A DNA stretch of 64,000 nt, taken from NCBI GenBank assembly GCA_002256025.1, contig NKIB01012903.1, forward strand, positions 1-64,000, written 5' to 3'. Position numbers and translations under genes: made by a program. The DNA is from Asterionella formosa (lineage: Eukaryota). Position 1 is the first letter of the stretch. Each line of letters starts with the position of its first letter. Below the pieces are notes generated by a model. That model was not told where the DNA came from. It ran no database searches and saw only the letters and a program-made list of their open reading frames with translations. Shown one piece after another: positions 60,161-64,000 of the stretch.

Positions 60161-62080
60161 ATACCTGGTACCCCAAGTATATCACTTCATACCTGCTACT
60201 GGTACTCTGTATATTTATGATAAAATGTTATTGTTTTATGATGTACTGGTACACATGAAGAACTCCCTCCCAAAAAAGGGGCTTAAACAATTTGCTACCA
60301 AAATCCTTGCATATAAATAATGATACAAATGGGTTATGACTTAGCTAGTGCACCAATTGAATGGTCTAAATAATTAGTTCCAACGGACATAGAAAATATT
60401 GATGCAAACAAATTTCAAAAAAACAGTACCAGTACACGAAGTCGTGGAAAACAATGGACATATAGTTCATTGAATATTTTCGAATTATCTATATGCAAAT
60501 ATGATCATCTCAACAATACCAGACATTCCATATTGAGAGTGGCTTTGATTTTAATAAATGTACGGCACTTGATATATTTATATATTTACAAATTTTATTA
60601 ACTGTATACATGACAAATACATTTGAAATCGTTCTGTCATGTTAACAAACAATGCCTGCTCATGAAAAGAAAACTTGTAATAAAGCACATGACAAGAAAG
60701 GAAAGTTTACGCAATAAAGAAAAACATTGTGGCTTCGACACAATGCTTGTGATTAGATTTATGATCATGTTTAAGATAGATTTACAATGAAACAATTCAC
60801 ATGATAGCATAGAGTTGAGCTAATTTAAGGATGCGTTGCAGTAATAATTTACATCGGGCGATCATGAGAATTGAAAATAATATGAGAAGGTTTATGATGT
60901 TGATGAGAAATGTTGTTGATCAGTTGATAGACATTGTGTGATGATAATGTTCTTATAATCATTATACTTCAAGTTTTGTAAAATATAAATGAATCATCTT
61001 AGTCATAGGATACCTTGATCATAGTTTTGATCCAAAAATTATCATCTATACGAAAATCCTGTGCCACTTAGTGTACGATACCCTTGATCCTATATGCATG
61101 ATTCTTTTCATTTGCAGACGAACTAGGCCATCTCCAGAAGAAGGGGCGAGACCCACCATCCCAGTTTCACCTGGTGGCTTTTGTACTAGCTCACTTCACA
61201 CAATCTGCTTCTGCCATTATATCTGGCTGTGTCCCCCCGACCATCTGTCCATTGTTTTCTCCAGAACTTATATTCCTGTTTTTCATCTTGTCCCCGCCCA
61301 CCAGCCAGTACTGATCCCTTTTTTCATCATAATGCACACATGCACCAGTAGTACAAAACCAAATATTTAAATACAAGGTAATCTTTTGGCGCCAGAAACA
61401 TAATCCCTAAGTACGCAACTTATCCAAGGCTTGATCCAGAATTAAAATTGAACCCTTGAAGACCAGCACCCCCTCCAAAATTGCATCTCGTCAAATATGA
61501 TGAGGTATTGCTGTATCGTCATGTTTAAGGGCTTGAATGTTCCGGGTTTCACTTTCATACAAGTTATTCACTTGCAAATCAAACTGTTGACATTCCAAAG
61601 TTTCATCCCATAGCCTAGCCTTAACCATCATTGGCAAGGCATCTTCTTCCCATTCGTGTTTGTGTGCCGATATTCTTCTCTGTATTAATACTGACCAAAT
61701 GAACTAAGCCTGATCAATTGCTTGAACAAACAACCGTATCAACCGAGGATCAACAATTAACAACTCTTCAGAATTTCGATGGATTGTGCAGCCTGAATTA
61801 AATTTCAATATTATTCTGAGTAACAAGAAACAACAGACCAGTACAATTCATACTTAGTTGATTCCAGAACTGAGTACCAATAGCAGTTATCATTGGTACT
61901 CATTCCTTGAAGACCTATTTTGATTCATCGGCATGAGAGATGAATCTGTCAATCATTCTGACTCATCAGCGCCTGATTCCAGTTGGTCATCAGGCATCCC
62001 AATTCTTTCGAGCTCCCCAGAAGTTTTAAACACCTTTCGTCCAACCTTCTTACCGGTAGCCTGGCAGCACACGAGGCCTT

Positions 62081-62255
62081 TGAAAAATTAGATCTTCATG
62101 TCTCAATACACTGAATGAAATCTGATGACTTATTCGTTGAGTAGAGTGCATTGTCTAACTAATACACTAAGTACTTGCATCAGGTTTCGATTGATAAATT
62201 TATACTTAAATATTTTTAGTCGGAAGAAGAAGGAGTAAAATGACAGTGGCTTACA
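62081..62255. repeat. Dispersed repeat, copy B (copy A at 13405-13580)
   Basis: Matches 13405-13580 in direct orientation. Confidence 0.75.
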
Positions 62256-62916
62256 TTATTTAGTGGTACCAGTACCGCTTGAGTAATCGTGCTTTGCCAT
62301 TTCTTCGAGCTCCCCAGGTCCAATGGTGCCATCCTGGTTAGCATGTAGAACATACGAGGTACCCGGTGCCTTGCACCAGTACATTGCAAGAATGGTCCAA
62401 TGTCGACCGTTTAAGATTTCTACATTGCATGTCGTAACGGTATACATGAAGTCCTACTTCGCGTTCAATGCGCCCACCAAGATCCCAAGGTCGGTCGTTC
62501 GTCCAACTCACGTCCCTCGCCTGTTCGACTTCAACGATTGGGCCTATTCATATCGTCGTTTTCGGGAGTCCCATGTGGTCGAGGCAACAACACGACCTTG
62601 CGACTTTCATCACCACCGCGAGAAACAAGGGACAACGAGGCGAGGAAATCAATAAAACAGAAACAGACACCGCAGACAACACAAACAAGGCGAGTTTGAT
62701 ATATAAGAAGACAGCATTGCATTGCTTCCGCTGCAACCTCGAACGGAAGCAGGACTCTATACGCTTGGTGTGGTAGAACTCATAGTGGCGGCCCCGTAGC
62801 AATCAATCTGGCAGCAGCGCAAATCAGTTTCAGATTCAGTTTCAGTTTCAGTTCCTTCACACAATCAACGACCAAGGCACAAACCCATGCCAGTCAACTA
62901 CATAACAGACAGCATC

Positions 62917-64000
62917 ATGGATGAAGAAGAAATGTCTCATGCGTCCAATTGGTCCGGCCCCTCGACCCATTCAGCTCCCTATCCGCACTTGGCCGGGGGC
63001 AGGCTTCCGTTCGGACGCTTCTCCTCCACTCAGACGGCCTCCTCGGAAGGGGATATCTCGCTCAAGAGGGACCGCGAGCGCGAAGGCCGTTGCAGCGAAT
63101 GTGGATTGCAGACGCACGAGTTCAGGCCGGATCCAAGGACGGGCCAGTCTCGCAAAGTGCCGCTGACCGTGGAAAATGAAGTACATCGCGGCCGGTGCCT
63201 CCTCTGCCACCCGCTCAATGCCGCGCATCTGTCGAGGTATCAATCGACCAGATCAATCAATACGGTCAGTTCGCAAGGAGGCAATTCGGTGCACTCCTCG
63301 TCGGGAGTGCACCCAGACTACACGGAATCATCCGTGGTGACCATCGTCAGCAACCAGGCATCGGCGGTGGAGGAAGCCTTGCTACAATTTGAAAACGAAA
63401 ACTGTGACTTGCTTGACATCTTGACCGCCATGCGCCAGTTCCCCAGCGAGCGACGCATCCAAGAACGGGGATGCGAGAAGTTGTGGATTCAATCGTGGGA
63501 CGATGAAAACTCAAGCGCGATCGGCCGGGTCGGTGGAATTCACATTTTACTCAACGCCATGAGCAACTTTTCTCGATCGCAGCGTTTGCAGCAGTCGGGA
63601 TGCGAAGCCTTACAGAACTTGGCATTGAACGACTTCAACAGAGATGCCATTGTGGAGAACGGAGGAATTAGGGTTATTGTCAATGCCATGACCAATCATC
63701 GGGATGTTGTCGGAGTTCAGCAGTGCGGATGCACGGCCCTGGCCAATTTGGCAGCGTCTTCAGAAAATCATTTGAATATTGCGAATGCAGGGGGCCTTCA
63801 TGCTATTATGAATGCAGCGACTAACAATCAAGATGAAGAATCAGTTCTCAGGGCAGCTTATCAGGCACTTCGCGCCCTGGGATATGATCCTAATAGGCAT
63901 GGTCCTGGAGCGCAGCAAGGACAACAACAACAATCTCAACAACAACAACAGCAACCTCAGCAACAACCAGAACCGCAACATTCACAACCATCACCGCGGC
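62917..64000 (+). CDS. ARM-repeat protein with N-terminal Cys4 motif and polyQ tail (runs off the window)
   Basis: Manual translation from ATG 62917 is open to the window end: GRCSECGLQTH..PLTV..VHRGRCLLCHP, then ARM units (IQERGCEKLW..IGRVGGIHILLNAM; LQQSGCEALQNLA..GGIRVIVNAM; VQQCGCTALANLA). It is absent from the ORF track because it has no stop in the window. Confidence 0.9.
   Translation, partial: MDEEEMSHASNWSGPSTHSAPYPHLAGGRLPFGRFSSTQTASSEGDISLKRDREREGRCSECGLQTHEFRPDPRTGQSRKVPLTVENEVHRGRCLLCHPLNAAHLSRYQSTRSINTVSSQGGNSVHSSSGVHPDYTESSVVTIVSNQASAVEEALLQFENENCDLLDILTAMRQFPSERRIQERGCEKLWIQSWDDENSSAIGRVGGIHILLNAMSNFSRSQRLQQSGCEALQNLALNDFNRDAIVENGGIRVIVNAMTNHRDVVGVQQCGCTALANLAASSENHLNIANAGGLHAIMNAATNNQDEESVLRAAYQALRALGYDPNRHGPGAQQGQQQQSQQQQQQPQQQPEPQHSQPSPR

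Noticed and set aside
61400..62447. KLWNVNSL (AP endonuclease-like) and HANQDGTIGPGEL (EF-hand-like) peptides on the minus strand
   Set aside because: Isolated short matches with no supporting neighbouring motifs.

Overview
Eukaryotic nuclear DNA, most likely a diatom or related photosynthetic stramenopile. The evidence is a bipartite plastid-targeting presequence with a VSA-F motif, diatom-type HSF, FMO and ARM proteins, a GT-AG intron and a CryptonS-like element. About 12 intact-looking genes sit in an AT-rich matrix rich in transposon remnants: an RCC1-repeat protein, SBDS, two tandem HSFs, a HAD-like protein, an FMO, a possible atypical kinase, a small membrane protein, a plastid protein, an MFS transporter, a triple cytochrome b5 protein and an ARM-repeat protein. 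Structures read directly from the sequence include: (i) a complete 608-bp TRIM-like mini LTR element with TG..CA LTRs, a PBS-like site, a PPT and a 6-bp target duplication; (ii) three tRNA-headed SINE-like elements, two with clear 13-17 bp target duplications; (iii) a TTAA-flanked DNA transposon family (probably Kolobok-type), made up of a decayed transposase copy and two head-to-head deletion derivatives; (iv) a palindrome and TTAGGG tandem array; (v) a 218-bp antisense insert in a Crypton, apparently from a host SDR gene; (vi) TACC(A/T)GGTA clusters upstream of most genes. Family assignments come from recalled motifs; no database search was run.
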